A stretch of 64,000 nucleotides of DNA from an uncultured Planctomycetota bacterium (lineage in GTDB: Bacteria; Planctomycetota; Phycisphaerae; Tepidisphaerales; Tepidisphaeraceae): NCBI GenBank assembly GCA_963841915.1, contig CAWJEN010000006.1, positions 1,216,001 through 1,280,000 on the forward strand. The letters are read 5' to 3'. The notes under the pieces were generated by a model. That model was not told where the DNA came from. It searched no databases and saw nothing but the letters and a program-made list of their open reading frames with translations. A program made the translations under genes and the position numbers. Shown here piece by piece: positions 38,921 to 59,852 of the stretch (position 1 is the first letter of the stretch; each line of letters opens with the position of its first letter).

Positions 38921-39097
38921 GCCTGGCTCTGTCGACGGCCGACGGACTGCTTTGTTGGCACGCGTTTCCGTGCAGGAGAAGGTGTGGCCGACGACGGGCG
39001 ACCTGCGGACGTTCAAGGCGTCGGCGCGGGCGCGGAAGGCGGTGGCGGAGCGCGAGCTTTTCGATTGAACAGCCGTCGCCGCTAGACTCACGGCAAC

Positions 39098-40843
39098 GTG
39101 CTGACGCTTCTCGTACTTCAAGGGCCTGACCGCGGCAAACGGTTCGAGTTGCCCGACCGGCCGGCGCTGGTGGGGCGGGAGCGGGCCAACGTCAAGCTCG
39201 ACGACAACACCTGCAGCCGAAAGCACGCCGAGCTGCGGCCAAGCGCGTACGGCGACCGCTGGACCATCCGCGACCTGGGCAGCTCCAACGGCACCTGGCT
39301 CAACGGCCAACGCGTCTACACGCAGCCGCAGGAACTCAAAAGCGGTGACCAGGTGCGCGTCGGCTCGACGCTCCTGCTCTTCGGCGTGGCGGCGGGTGTG
39401 TCACGTGAGTCGACCGGCAGCGTGAAACTCGAAACGGTCGAAAGCGGCATGGACTCGGCCATCGTCGCGTCGCTGCCGGCGGCCAACGACGATTCGATAG
39501 TGCTGGCCGTTCCCGAACCGGCGGCGGCGGCGATGGCGAATCTTAAAGTCCTGTACCGACTCTCGGCAGCACTCGGTAGCCAGTTCAGCACCGACCAGGT
39601 GCTTGATGTCGTCCTCGACCTTGTATTCGAGACCGTCCGCGCCGACCGGGCAGTCGCCCTGCTGTATGACGAGAACGGCGAGCTCGAGCCGCGGGTCGTG
39701 CGAAGGCGGGACGGCTCGGTCGACGAGCCGGTCGACAGCGACAGGCCGCCGAAGGTGGAGAAGATTCGGGCCAGTCGCACGATCTTGAACCACGTCGTCC
39801 GTACAGGCGAGGGCGTTGTCTGCAGCAACGCGATGACCGACCGCCGGTTCAAGGCCGGCAGCAGCGTGCAGAACCTCGGCATTCGCAGTGCGATCTGCTG
39901 CCCGATCAAAGTCCGCCGCCTCGATACAAGCCTGGAGGCCTCGGGCAAATTGGGTGAGGAATCGCCCGACGAAGTGCTGGGCGTGTTGTACGTCGATTCG
40001 AGCGTGCAGAACTACACGTACGGCGTCGAACAGCTTCGCCTGCTCACAGCCATCGGATTGCAAACGGGGCTCGCATTGCAGAATGCAACGCTGTACCGGC
40101 AAGGGTTGCGGGCCGAGCGACTGGCGGCGGTGGGTGAGACGACGGCTGCGCTGTCGCACTCGATCAAGAACATTCTCCAGGCCTTGCGTGGCGGAGCGAA
40201 CGTTGTGGAGATGGCCCGCAAGCGACGCGACTGGAAACAGCTCGACAAGGGCTGGGGTGTCGTCGACCGCAACATGGACCGCATCTTCGGCCTGACCATG
40301 AACCTGCTGGCCTACAGCAAACCGCGTGAGCCGGTGCGACGCCTCGTCAACCCGCGGCAGACGATCGACGAGTGCGTCGACCTCATCGCGACGACGGCTC
40401 AAACACGGGGCGTCATGGTGGTGGCCGACGTGGCCGACGATCAGCCGGCGGTCCCGCTCGACACCGGCGGCCTGCACCAGGCCCTGATGAACCTGCTGAC
40501 CAATGCCGTTGACGCGATTGCCGACGACGGTGACGAAACGCAGGCGGGCCTGGTCAAGGTCAGCTGTCGCTATGACCCCGAAGGCAAGCGGACGATCATC
40601 AGTGTCACCGACAACGGCCCGGGCATCGACCCCAACGTCGCCAGGCATTTGTTCGAGCTGTTCCACAGCACCAAAGGCAACCGCGGCACAGGCCTGGGCT
40701 TGCCTGTCGCCCGCAAGATCGTCGAGGAACACGACGGCACGCTCAGCGTCGAAAGCCGCACCGGTCACGGCACCACCTTCGAGATCAGCCTGCCTGCCTT
40801 TGAAGAGCAAAACGACGACCCGAGTCACACGCACGCGGGCTAA
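39098..40843 (+). CDS. FHA-GAF-histidine kinase
   Basis: GR..SRKHA..DLGSSNGT (FHA); RSAICCP..GVLYVDS (GAF); SHSIKN, NLLTNA, DNGPGI, LFHSTK, GTGLGL. Confidence 0.93.
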   Translation: MLTLLVLQGPDRGKRFELPDRPALVGRERANVKLDDNTCSRKHAELRPSAYGDRWTIRDLGSSNGTWLNGQRVYTQPQELKSGDQVRVGSTLLLFGVAAGVSRESTGSVKLETVESGMDSAIVASLPAANDDSIVLAVPEPAAAAMANLKVLYRLSAALGSQFSTDQVLDVVLDLVFETVRADRAVALLYDENGELEPRVVRRRDGSVDEPVDSDRPPKVEKIRASRTILNHVVRTGEGVVCSNAMTDRRFKAGSSVQNLGIRSAICCPIKVRRLDTSLEASGKLGEESPDEVLGVLYVDSSVQNYTYGVEQLRLLTAIGLQTGLALQNATLYRQGLRAERLAAVGETTAALSHSIKNILQALRGGANVVEMARKRRDWKQLDKGWGVVDRNMDRIFGLTMNLLAYSKPREPVRRLVNPRQTIDECVDLIATTAQTRGVMVVADVADDQPAVPLDTGGLHQALMNLLTNAVDAIADDGDETQAGLVKVSCRYDPEGKRTIISVTDNGPGIDPNVARHLFELFHSTKGNRGTGLGLPVARKIVEEHDGTLSVESRTGHGTTFEISLPAFEEQNDDPSHTHAG

Positions 40844-40853
40844 CGCAAAGAGA

Positions 40854-40924
40854 CGAGTAACGAGAGATGACTAACGAGCCGCAGAGTCGGACGCTGGACC
40901 TCGTTACGCATCTCCTCTTACTCG
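40854..40924. terminator. Imperfect long hairpin between convergent genes
   Basis: GAGTAACGAGAGATGACTAACGAG pairs imperfectly with CTCGTTACGCATCTCCTCTTACTC; no U-tract. Confidence 0.4.
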
Positions 40925-40932
40925 CTACTGAC

Positions 40933-48609
<7,677 letters not shown>

Positions 48610-48780
48610 TCACGGCCGATCCGGGTCATCGTCATCCCAGTCGCCCGAATCATCGTTGTCGTAGGCCGAGTCTTCAGGCCGTTCTTCGATGGTGTCGGTC
48701 GACCAGTCACCGCGAAGGAATCGGTAGCCGGCGTAGGCAAGCAGACCGGCGAACGCGAGGCCGAGGACGCCGGGAAGCAT
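48610..48780 (-). CDS. Putative 56-aa protein: N-terminal TM helix and acidic tail
   Basis: MLPGVLGLAFAGLLAYAGYRFLRGDWSTDTIEERPEDSAYDNDDSGDWDDDDPDRP; TAGCCT 6 nt before the ATG. Confidence 0.65.
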   Translation of the reverse strand: MLPGVLGLAFAGLLAYAGYRFLRGDWSTDTIEERPEDSAYDNDDSGDWDDDDPDRP

Positions 48781-49138
48781 GGGGCAAGGCTATCGCCCCG
48801 GCCGCGTCGCAGCGGTCGGGACACACGATGAGGTCGACCGATTCATCGGTGTCGAACGGCGGGTTGTTTTCTGCTCGCACCATCACGTATGCGCCGTGTA
48901 CGCCGCCTTCGGCGTCAGGCTCGGCCAAGCCACCGCAGAGGCTTGCCTGTGACGAAGGTCGAGCTTAACGCAAAGCCGTACCTGTCGAAGGCCCGACCAC
49001 TCACGCAGACGACCCGAAGGACCGCCATCAGCACCAGCGGCACCGACCGGCGGATGACAGAGGCTCAACCCCGCGTCCTTGCCGATGCCGCACAGCCCGA
49101 CGAAATTGGCCCAGGTCTCCCAAAGCTATTGTTCCGCT

Positions 49139-50155
49139 ATGAGCAAGATCGTCACCTTCGGCGAGATCATGATGCGGCTCGCAACGCCGCTCCACGACCG
49201 CTTCGAGCAGGCACCACACTTCAACGTCACCTTCGGTGGCGGTGAGGCCAACGTCGCCGTCTCGCTTGCTCGATTTGGCCACGACGCCCGCTTCGTCAGT
49301 CGGCTGCCGGACAACCCGCTGGCCGACCGCTGCATCGCAGAGCTTCGCCATCAACAAGTCGACACGAGCGGCGTGCTTCGCGGCGGGAACCGCATCGGCG
49401 TCTACTTCCTCGAAACCGGTGCCGGGCCACGGGCGTCGCAGGTCATCTACGACCGCGCCGACTCGGCCGTGTCACAGCTCAAGCCAGGTGACGTCGACTG
49501 GGCGGCCGTGTTCGCAGGTGTCGATTGGTTCCACTGGACGGGCATTACGCCCGCGCTCGGTGAAGGCCCGGCGGCGGTGTGCCGTGAAGCGTGCCAAGCG
49601 GCCAAGGCTGCCGGCGCGACCGTCAGCGTCGACCTCAACTTCCGCAAAAAGCTCTGGACGCAGGCTCAGGCACAATCGGCCATGGCCCCGCTCATGGAGT
49701 TCGTCGACGTCTGCATCGCCAACGAAGAAGACGCCCAAAGCGTTTTCGGCATCAAGGGGGCCGACGTCGAGACCGGCCAAATCGACCACGACCCATACAT
49801 CGACGTCGCCGGTCAACTGACCGAGCGTTTCGGCTTCGATAAGGTTGCGATCACGCTGCGCGAGAGCATCAGCGCCAGCCACAACGGCTGGTCGGCGATG
49901 CTCTTTTCAGGTGGCAAGGCAACCTTCGCCAAGCGTTACGACCTGCCGATCGTCGACCGCGTGGGCGGCGGGGACAGCTTTGCCGGCGGGCTCATCCACG
50001 CCCTGCTTTCGGGCCAGAGCGACGAAAACGCCATCGATTGGGCGACGGCGGCCAGCGCGCTCAAGCACACGATTAGCGGCGACTTCAACCGCATTAGCGT
50101 GGCTGAGGTCGACCGGCTCGTTGGTGGTGACGCATCGGGTCGGGTGCAGCGGTAA
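49139..50155 (+). CDS. kdgK: 2-keto-3-deoxygluconate kinase (PfkB family)
   Basis: VTFGEIMMRL, GGGEANVA, IYDRA, FHWTGITPAL, DLNFRKKLW, VDRVGGGDSF; adjacent to eda. Confidence 0.9.
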   Translation: MSKIVTFGEIMMRLATPLHDRFEQAPHFNVTFGGGEANVAVSLARFGHDARFVSRLPDNPLADRCIAELRHQQVDTSGVLRGGNRIGVYFLETGAGPRASQVIYDRADSAVSQLKPGDVDWAAVFAGVDWFHWTGITPALGEGPAAVCREACQAAKAAGATVSVDLNFRKKLWTQAQAQSAMAPLMEFVDVCIANEEDAQSVFGIKGADVETGQIDHDPYIDVAGQLTERFGFDKVAITLRESISASHNGWSAMLFSGGKATFAKRYDLPIVDRVGGGDSFAGGLIHALLSGQSDENAIDWATAASALKHTISGDFNRISVAEVDRLVGGDASGRVQR

Positions 50156-50164
50156 CCTTGGCCC

Positions 50165-50845
50165 ATGAGCGACAAACGAAGCGATATCACCGGCCGACTG
50201 CGCGATGCGGGCGTCGTGGCGGTGGTGCGGGTGGCGACGGCCGAGGTGGCGGTCGACGTCGTACGTGCCTTGGCGGCGGGTGGTGTGGTGGCGGCGGAGG
50301 TGACGTTTACGGTGCCCGACGCCGACAAAGCCATCGCCGAGCTGTCGAAGCTCAACAGTGCCGGTGAGTTTGGGCGACCGCTCGTGCTCGGCGCGGGCAC
50401 CGTGGTGACGGCCGCCCAAGCCAGGGCGGCGGTCGATGCGGGGGCGGAGTACCTGGTGAGTCCGCATCTGAGCGAGCCGGTGATGGCGGCGGCGGACCAG
50501 CTCGACGTCGCTGCCTTGCCCGGCGCGTTGACGCCTACCGAAGTGTTTGCGGCCTTTGAGCGTGGGGCCGACGTGGTGAAGGTCTTTCCGGCGGCGAGGA
50601 TGGGGCCGAAGTACCTCAAGGACTTGGCCGGGCCTTATCCGAAGATTCCGCTCATGCCGACGGGTGGCGTGTCGGCGACGAACGTGCACGAATGGGTCGC
50701 CTGCGGCGCGGTCGCCGTCGGCGTCGGGAGTGAACTCGTCGACAAAGCCGCCGTCGCCGCCGGTGATTGGCAGACCTTGACGGACAAGGCCGCGAAACTG
50801 ACGGAAGCGCTCGCCGCGGCAAGAGCGTCAGTTGCGACCAGCTAG
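50165..50845 (+). CDS. eda: KDPG/KHG aldolase
   Basis: VVAVVR, EVTFT, GAGTV, VSP, PGALTPTE, KVFPA, MPTGGVS. Confidence 0.93.
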   Translation: MSDKRSDITGRLRDAGVVAVVRVATAEVAVDVVRALAAGGVVAAEVTFTVPDADKAIAELSKLNSAGEFGRPLVLGAGTVVTAAQARAAVDAGAEYLVSPHLSEPVMAAADQLDVAALPGALTPTEVFAAFERGADVVKVFPAARMGPKYLKDLAGPYPKIPLMPTGGVSATNVHEWVACGAVAVGVGSELVDKAAVAAGDWQTLTDKAAKLTEALAAARASVATS

Positions 50846-50949
50846 CACCCAAGCCGCGGGGTCGCGGCTCGGAATCACATCGAGATTCGACGCGTCTTAA
50901 GCCTTTGTGGCAGCTCGTTTAGAAGAGCACCACTCGTGACACAAAGCAA

Positions 50950-51021
50950 AGCCGAACCGGGGATTTGAACCCCGAACCTCCGCTTTACGAAAGCGGCGCT
51001 CTGCCGTTGAGCTAGTTCGGC
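50950..51021 (-). tRNA. tRNA-Thr(CGT), CCA not encoded
   Basis: Cloverleaf: acceptor GCCGAAC/GTTCGGC, anticodon arm CCGCT-TTCGTAA-AGCGG, T-loop GGTTCAAATCC. Confidence 0.95.
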
Positions 51022-51050
51022 GGCAATGGCGAAACAGGTGTCGCGGGGCC

Positions 51051-51079
51051 ATGGTTCGCCCGCCGGGGCCGCGTGTCAA
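51051..51079 (-). promoter_or_regulatory. Candidate tRNA promoter
   Basis: TTGACA-N17-AACCAT on the minus strand; the -10 box is weak. Confidence 0.4.
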
Positions 51080-51344
51080 GCCGTCGTTGCATGGACCTGG
51101 TAGGCCGTTGCGCCTAAGGTACCCGTCCGCCCGGCAACTGTTTGTCGGGCGACGAACGCCTGAGTACCCGAAACGAAAGATCAGATGCCAAAGCCACGAC
51201 GCCGCCGGAAAATTGGAAGTAAGAAGCGTAAAGCCCGTCGCGATCGTCGCAAGAAGTAAGGGCTGATGGCCTTTGCTTGTGACGCTTTGTCATCTCAAGC
51301 TGCGGTTTAACACGATGTGCTGGCGACGCGCCTAGCTTGCCGAC

Positions 51345-53453
51345 ATGTCTGTTGCTGCTGAAAAACACACGTCGCCGCCCGATGCTCCATCGGGCGGCGA
51401 CTTGTTTTTTAATCGCGAGCTGAGCTGGCTCGACTTCAACGCACGCGTCCTCGAACTGGCCGAGGACGATGCGGTGCCGTTGCTCGAACGCGTGCGGTTT
51501 CTGGCGATCTTCGCCAGCAACCTCGACGAGTTCTACATGAAGCGCGTCGGCGGCCTACAACGCCAGCGGGCGGCCAAAGTCTCGACCCGCACCATCGACG
51601 GGCTGACGCCTGACGAGCAGATCGCCCTCATCCACGAGAAGGTCCGCCCGCTCCTGGATCGTCAGGTCGCGTGCTGGTTCGAGTCGGTTCACCCCGGCCT
51701 CAAGGCCAACGGCATCCGCATCTGTCCTTGGACACAGCTCACCGACACCGATCGCCTGGAGTCGAGCCGGTTCTTCCGCGAGCAGGTCTTCCCGATCCTG
51801 ACGCCACTGGCGGTCGACCCGGGGCACCCGTTCCCGTTCATCAGCAACCTGAGCAAGTCTCTTGGCGTGATGCTCGAACACCCGGCGACGGCCGAGCAGT
51901 CGTTCGTCCGCATCAAGCTGCCCGAAAACCTGCCTCGTTGGGTCCGCCTGCCGGCGACGGACGAGGCGACGGACCGGTTTGTCAGCCTTGAAAACGTCAT
52001 CAGCGGCAACCTCGAGCTGTTGTTCCCGGGGATGAAGGTGCTGGAGCACCACCTGTTTCGCGTGACGCGGAACGCCGATGTCGACGCCGACGAGGAGGAC
52101 GCCGACGACCTGCTGGCCGTGGTCGAGCAGGAGCTTCGTCAGCGTCGTATGGCTGATGTCGTGCGGCTGGAGACGCCCACGAGCATGAGCCCGGGCATGC
52201 GTGAAACGATCAGGCATGCGTTGCACGTGGCCGAAGAGGATTGCTACGAATTGGCGGGCCCGATCGACATGGACGACTTGATGTCGCTGGCGGATGTCGA
52301 CCGACCGGAGCTGAACTTTGAGCCTTGGAAGCCGCTGGTCCCGCCGCGGCTGAGCGACGAGGATGCCGACATTTTCAGCGTCATCAGCGGCGGTGACGTG
52401 CTCGTGCATCACCCGTACGAGTCGTTCCCGGCGAGTGTCGAGCGCTTCATCCTCGAGGCCGCCGAGGACCCGCAGGTTCTGGCCATCAAGATGACGCTGT
52501 ATCGCACGAGTCGCGACAGCTCATTCGTCGGCGCGCTCATCCGGGCGGCCGAAGAAGGCAAGCAGGTCGCGGTGCTCGTGGAACTCAAGGCACGGTTCGA
52601 CGAGCAGCGGAACCTGGCCATTGCCCAGCGTCTTGAGAAAGCAGGCGTCCACGTTGTTTACGGCGTCGTCGGCTTCAAGACCCACACCAAGCTGGCCATG
52701 GCCGTTCGCCAGGAAGAAGAAGGATTGCGAACGTACGTCCACGTTGGTACGGGCAACTACAACGCCCGGACGGCCACGCTCTACACCGACGTGGGCCTGT
52801 TCACGAGCGATCCGCAACTCGTGGGCGACGTGATCGAGCTGTTCCACACGCTCACCGGTCGCAGCCTCGGGCGGCAGTACCGCAAGCTGCTCGTCGCGCC
52901 GACGAACATGCGTGACAAGTTCCTCGACTGCATCGCCGCAGAACGCCATGCCGCAGAACGCGGCGAGCCGGCGTTCATCACGGCGAAGATGAACCAGCTT
53001 CAGGACGAGAAGATCATCAAGGCGCTCTACGAGGCAAGCCAGGCGGGCGTCAAGGTCGACCTGATCATCCGCGGGTTCTGCTGCCTGCGGCCGGGTGTGC
53101 CGGGACTCAGCGACAACATCCGCGTGGTCAGCATTCTGGGTCGGTTCCTGGAGCACTCCCGCATCTTCCGCTTCCACAACGGCGGCGAGCGGGTGCATTT
53201 CATCGGCAGTGCCGACTGGATGGTGCGGAACCTCGACTATCGCGTCGAAGCCATCGCCCCCGTCGAGGACAAACACGCCCAGGAGCAACTCGACGGCATC
53301 CTGGACTCGGCGCTGGAGACGAGCGAACACGTGTGGCAGCTAGGCGCTGACGGCACATGGTCACCCGCCCGCCTGGGCGAGGGTGGCGAGTTCCAGCAAC
53401 GCTTGATGCGTCGCGCCGTCGAACGCCAACAGCGTGCCCGGCGTCGCCGCTGA
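51345..53453 (+). CDS. ppk1: Polyphosphate kinase 1
   Basis: FNRELSWLDFNARVL, NLDEFYMKRV, HPFPFISN, HHPYESF, ELKARFDE, KTHTK, GTGNYN, GRFLEHSRIF, SADWM.RNL. Confidence 0.98.
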   Translation: MSVAAEKHTSPPDAPSGGDLFFNRELSWLDFNARVLELAEDDAVPLLERVRFLAIFASNLDEFYMKRVGGLQRQRAAKVSTRTIDGLTPDEQIALIHEKVRPLLDRQVACWFESVHPGLKANGIRICPWTQLTDTDRLESSRFFREQVFPILTPLAVDPGHPFPFISNLSKSLGVMLEHPATAEQSFVRIKLPENLPRWVRLPATDEATDRFVSLENVISGNLELLFPGMKVLEHHLFRVTRNADVDADEEDADDLLAVVEQELRQRRMADVVRLETPTSMSPGMRETIRHALHVAEEDCYELAGPIDMDDLMSLADVDRPELNFEPWKPLVPPRLSDEDADIFSVISGGDVLVHHPYESFPASVERFILEAAEDPQVLAIKMTLYRTSRDSSFVGALIRAAEEGKQVAVLVELKARFDEQRNLAIAQRLEKAGVHVVYGVVGFKTHTKLAMAVRQEEEGLRTYVHVGTGNYNARTATLYTDVGLFTSDPQLVGDVIELFHTLTGRSLGRQYRKLLVAPTNMRDKFLDCIAAERHAAERGEPAFITAKMNQLQDEKIIKALYEASQAGVKVDLIIRGFCCLRPGVPGLSDNIRVVSILGRFLEHSRIFRFHNGGERVHFIGSADWMVRNLDYRVEAIAPVEDKHAQEQLDGILDSALETSEHVWQLGADGTWSPARLGEGGEFQQRLMRRAVERQQRARRRR

Positions 53454-53467
53454 GAAACTCAAGTTGA

Positions 53468-53923
53468 TCAGCGAAGCGATGCCGCCACCGCCGCCTGCCA
53501 GGTCGCCCAGACCATCCACACCGCCAGCAAGCCTCGAACGGTCCAAACGACGGTCCGCAGCCAGTTTGAACGGGTCAGCGACTGTGCCAGTTCCACGTTG
53601 AACCCTGCCGCCAGTCGATTGTGCATCGGCACCTGCCAGAATGCGGTGCTGACCCACAATGCGACCACCAACGCAAGGCCGACCCAAGCCGTCCACCCCG
53701 GCACACCGGCCGGTGTCCGCACGACAAGCCACACAGCCGTCACCAGCTCGACGAGCATGACCGGCCCGACGACGGGCGTGATGCCGCTGACATGCCGTTG
53801 GTGGTACTCGGCCCAACCGGCTTCACCGATGCCGTCGAAGAGCTTGTAGTGGACGAGCTGGATCGTCCAGATCAGCCCAACGAGGTACCACGTCGCGGCG
53901 AGATGGACGAGCAACAGCGGCAC
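53468..53923 (-). CDS. Conserved 4-TM membrane protein
   Basis: GLIWTIQLVHY, VGPVMLVE, QVPMH.RL, NWLRT. Confidence 0.8.
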   Translation of the reverse strand: MPLLLVHLAATWYLVGLIWTIQLVHYKLFDGIGEAGWAEYHQRHVSGITPVVGPVMLVELVTAVWLVVRTPAGVPGWTAWVGLALVVALWVSTAFWQVPMHNRLAAGFNVELAQSLTRSNWLRTVVWTVRGLLAVWMVWATWQAAVAASLR

Positions 53924-54015
53924 AGTCGACAGTATCCGCTCGGCTTATCGCCGAGCGCCAGCTCTTGTACAGGCTCGCGACGACGTTGTTGCTCATCTAA
54001 CGTTGATCGGTCGCT

Positions 54016-56988
<2,973 letters not shown>

Positions 56989-57022
56989 GACGCGACCATA
57001 GGTCGGCCGGCGTTGCCAACGC

Positions 57023-57748
57023 TTATGTCTCGGGGGCGAACAACGGAGCAAAGTCGCCCTGCCACCGCTGTTCTGCTTCTGCCGCCGCGGCGGGCACAGC
57101 GATCCCAAGGAACGGGACCGTGTTGATGCGGCGGTCGAGCGTCAGGTCGACCCAGACAAATCGACTGCCCCGCTGCAGGACGAAACGCGTTTTCATCCCA
57201 CTCGGCAGGCCGCCGACGATGATGCTCATGTTCGAGAAGTCGGACAGCTTGGTTAGTGCCGTCGCGGTTCCGTCGTCGCGTACGGCGGCGACGGCGTAGA
57301 GCACGTCGCCCTCGCGAAAAACGACCGACGCGATAAAGCCCTTCAGCGGCGTCCAGCCGGACACGCCGTCCACCGGCTGCAAATCGCTTCCAAATTCGGC
57401 GGGCATGTCCTGCCAGTCGCGGCGAACGCTGCTCACGCCCAGAAAGCCGTCGCGTACGTCGGCGTCAATCTCCTCCTGGGCCGCCAGCGATGCTTGTCGC
57501 ACGTACGCGTGATACACAATGGCCCGAAGCGTCGTCTCCAGCACCGGTGGCCGCGGCTCGTCAATTGCGGCAACGGCATCGCGAAGCTCGTCCAGTTCGT
57601 CCACGCCCACCGTCTTGAGCAATTCCTGCCGATGGGCGTGCCGGGCCAGGCCGTCGGGGGCGAGCAGCGGTTTGAGGTCGATCGCCCCGCTCACCGCCGA
57701 CGGCAAGGCGGCAGAGACAACCAGGCAAAGCACCAGGCGACAGAACAT
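57023..57748 (-). CDS. Secreted hypothetical protein (possible PDZ-like C-terminus)
   Basis: Signal peptide; GFLGV...FREGDVL...RFVLQRG pattern. Confidence 0.6.
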   Translation of the reverse strand: MFCRLVLCLVVSAALPSAVSGAIDLKPLLAPDGLARHAHRQELLKTVGVDELDELRDAVAAIDEPRPPVLETTLRAIVYHAYVRQASLAAQEEIDADVRDGFLGVSSVRRDWQDMPAEFGSDLQPVDGVSGWTPLKGFIASVVFREGDVLYAVAAVRDDGTATALTKLSDFSNMSIIVGGLPSGMKTRFVLQRGSRFVWVDLTLDRRINTVPFLGIAVPAAAAEAEQRWQGDFAPLFAPET

Positions 57749-57778
57749 GACACCACCATAGACGAAGAGGCCCGCCCG

Positions 57779-58870
57779 CTATCGCACCTGCAGCTCGTCG
57801 GCCTCGAAAGCCAGCCCCAGCGTCGGCAGCTCGACGGCCTTGCGATCGCCGTCGGCTCGCACTTCGCCACCAATCCAGGCGTGATGACCTGCTTCCTTGG
57901 CCGCGGCAAGCGTCGCCTCCGCATCGCCAGCCGCAACGTAAGCGACAAAGCCGACGCCCATGTTGAACGTTGCCCACATTTCCCGCTCCTCGACCGGGCC
58001 GTGCTTGGCGATGAAGCCGAAGACCTCGGGCGGTGTCGGTGGTTGCGTCACGTGGTAGACGAGCTTGGCCTCGGGTCGCATGAGCTTGCGAAGGCCGTGA
58101 CCGGTGACGTGCGTGAGATAGTGCGGCCGAAGCGACTTGTGCCGCAACAGCTGCACGAAGTCGGCGTAGATCGCGCTGGGCTCGAGAAGCAGCCGGCCGT
58201 AGTTGTCGGTCTCGAAGCCAATCTTCTCGCCGATCCGGCGACACAGCGTCAGTCCGTTCGTCTGCACGCCCGTGCTGGCCAGAAAGACCATGACGTCGCC
58301 CGCCTGCACGTCGCCGCGAATGCGATCCCGGGCATCCATCCGGCCGACCGCGCTGCCGGCCAGGACGATCGTCTCCGGGTTGACGAGCCCCGACAGGGCA
58401 GGCGTCTCGCCGCCGCCCCACGTCGCGCCGGCCCGGCGGCAACCCTCGGCAAAGCCGCTTGCGAGCGCCTCGGCGCGCTCCTTGTTCTTGAACCAGGTCG
58501 CGTCGCCCACCGCCGCGTGCATCGCCACGACGGCCGGCAGGCAGCCGACGGTGATGAGGTCGTTGACGATCGTCGCCACCGTGTCGATGCCGATCGCGTG
58601 GTACAGCGACGGGTCACCGACCGCGTCGGCAATAAGGTTCTTCGTCCCGAGCCCTTCTTCGACATGGGCGAGATAAGTCCCGTCACCGGCGTCTATGAGA
58701 TACGCCGACTCGCCGCGCGTGCCGGGCGCCTCTGCCATGCCGTGCAACGCCAACAGGTTGACGGTCGCGCCTGCTTCGCGTTGACACGCACGTTTGAAGG
58801 CGTCGAGCGGGTCGTAGTCGACGCCGCTGGAGGCGTAGGTCATGGGCTCGTGGGAAGAGGGTCGGTCCAC
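57779..58870 (-). CDS. purM: Phosphoribosylformylglycinamidine cyclo-ligase (AIR synthase)
   Basis: TYASSGVD, EGLGTK, VNDL, GGETPAL, STGVQTNG, HVTGHG, TFNMGVGF. Confidence 0.92.
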   Translation of the reverse strand: MDRPSSHEPMTYASSGVDYDPLDAFKRACQREAGATVNLLALHGMAEAPGTRGESAYLIDAGDGTYLAHVEEGLGTKNLIADAVGDPSLYHAIGIDTVATIVNDLITVGCLPAVVAMHAAVGDATWFKNKERAEALASGFAEGCRRAGATWGGGETPALSGLVNPETIVLAGSAVGRMDARDRIRGDVQAGDVMVFLASTGVQTNGLTLCRRIGEKIGFETDNYGRLLLEPSAIYADFVQLLRHKSLRPHYLTHVTGHGLRKLMRPEAKLVYHVTQPPTPPEVFGFIAKHGPVEEREMWATFNMGVGFVAYVAAGDAEATLAAAKEAGHHAWIGGEVRADGDRKAVELPTLGLAFEADELQVR

Positions 58871-58949
58871 GGGGGCAACCTAGCAGGGTTTCGAGCTGAC
58901 AAAGCTGCTGAGGTGGCTTTGCCGACGGCGGTGTTGATACGGTCGGTCG

Positions 58950-59840
58950 ATGAGCCTCTGGGACCGCTGGCACGATCGATTGGCGTTCAGCACGAACGCG
59001 TTCAAGAAGACGACGTGGCAGCGGGCGGTCAAAGACATTGCCGACATCGGTTACGCCGGCTGCGAGATCATGGCCGATCAGCCGCACTTCACGCCCGCCG
59101 AAATGGCGACCGAAGAAGTGCTCGATCTGGCCGATCTCATCAGCGACCTTGGCTTGCGGGCGAGCAACGTCAACGCGTTTACCGGCTTTTTCGCTAGCGA
59201 GCCGTTTCCGAGTGGTCGGCCGACGGGTGACACGTACGCCCCGACGTGGATCGACCCGGACGCCGACGCCATCGACGTGCGGGTCAATCACACGTTGGCG
59301 AGCATTCGGCTGGCGGCGGCACTCGGCGCGTCGACGGTCAGCCTGCAGCCCGGCGGCCCGACGATCGGCCGTGCGGGCACACGCAAGGATCACGAGCAAC
59401 GCTTCGCCGATGGCGTTCGTCGCTGCCTCCGCACGGCCCGCGAGTCTGACATCACGCTTGCCGTCGAGCCCGAACCGGGCCTGCTGCTGGAGACGACGGC
59501 CGAGTACCTCGACTGGAAGCAAACGCACTTTGCCGACGAGCCACTCGTGCAGATGAATTACGACGTCGGCCATGCCTACTGCGTCGGTGAAGATGTTGCA
59601 GGCGTGACGCGTGACCTGGCCGGTCAGTACGCCCACGTCCACCTCGAAGACATTGCCGCCAGTCGGGTGCACCAGCACCTGGTACCGGGAGACGGTGCCA
59701 TCGACTTCGTGTCGCTGTTCAAAGCCCTCAACGACGCCGAGTACGGCGGCTGGGTCACGGTAGAGCTTTACCCGTTCATGGATGACGCGGCCGGTGTTGC
59801 AGGCAAAGCGTACAAGCACCTGCGCAAGTTACTCAGCTAA
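58950..59840 (+). CDS. Sugar phosphate isomerase/epimerase (xylose-isomerase-like TIM barrel)
   Basis: VEPEPG, YDVGH, HVHLED, HLVPGDG.IDF, TVELY. Confidence 0.88.
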   Translation: MSLWDRWHDRLAFSTNAFKKTTWQRAVKDIADIGYAGCEIMADQPHFTPAEMATEEVLDLADLISDLGLRASNVNAFTGFFASEPFPSGRPTGDTYAPTWIDPDADAIDVRVNHTLASIRLAAALGASTVSLQPGGPTIGRAGTRKDHEQRFADGVRRCLRTARESDITLAVEPEPGLLLETTAEYLDWKQTHFADEPLVQMNYDVGHAYCVGEDVAGVTRDLAGQYAHVHLEDIAASRVHQHLVPGDGAIDFVSLFKALNDAEYGGWVTVELYPFMDDAAGVAGKAYKHLRKLLS

Positions 59841-59852
59841 GTCGTACGTGCA

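Noticed and set aside
50846..51021. tRNA-Thr as an island attachment site
   Set aside because: No integrase, no duplicated tRNA 3' end noticed, and the flanking genes are housekeeping.
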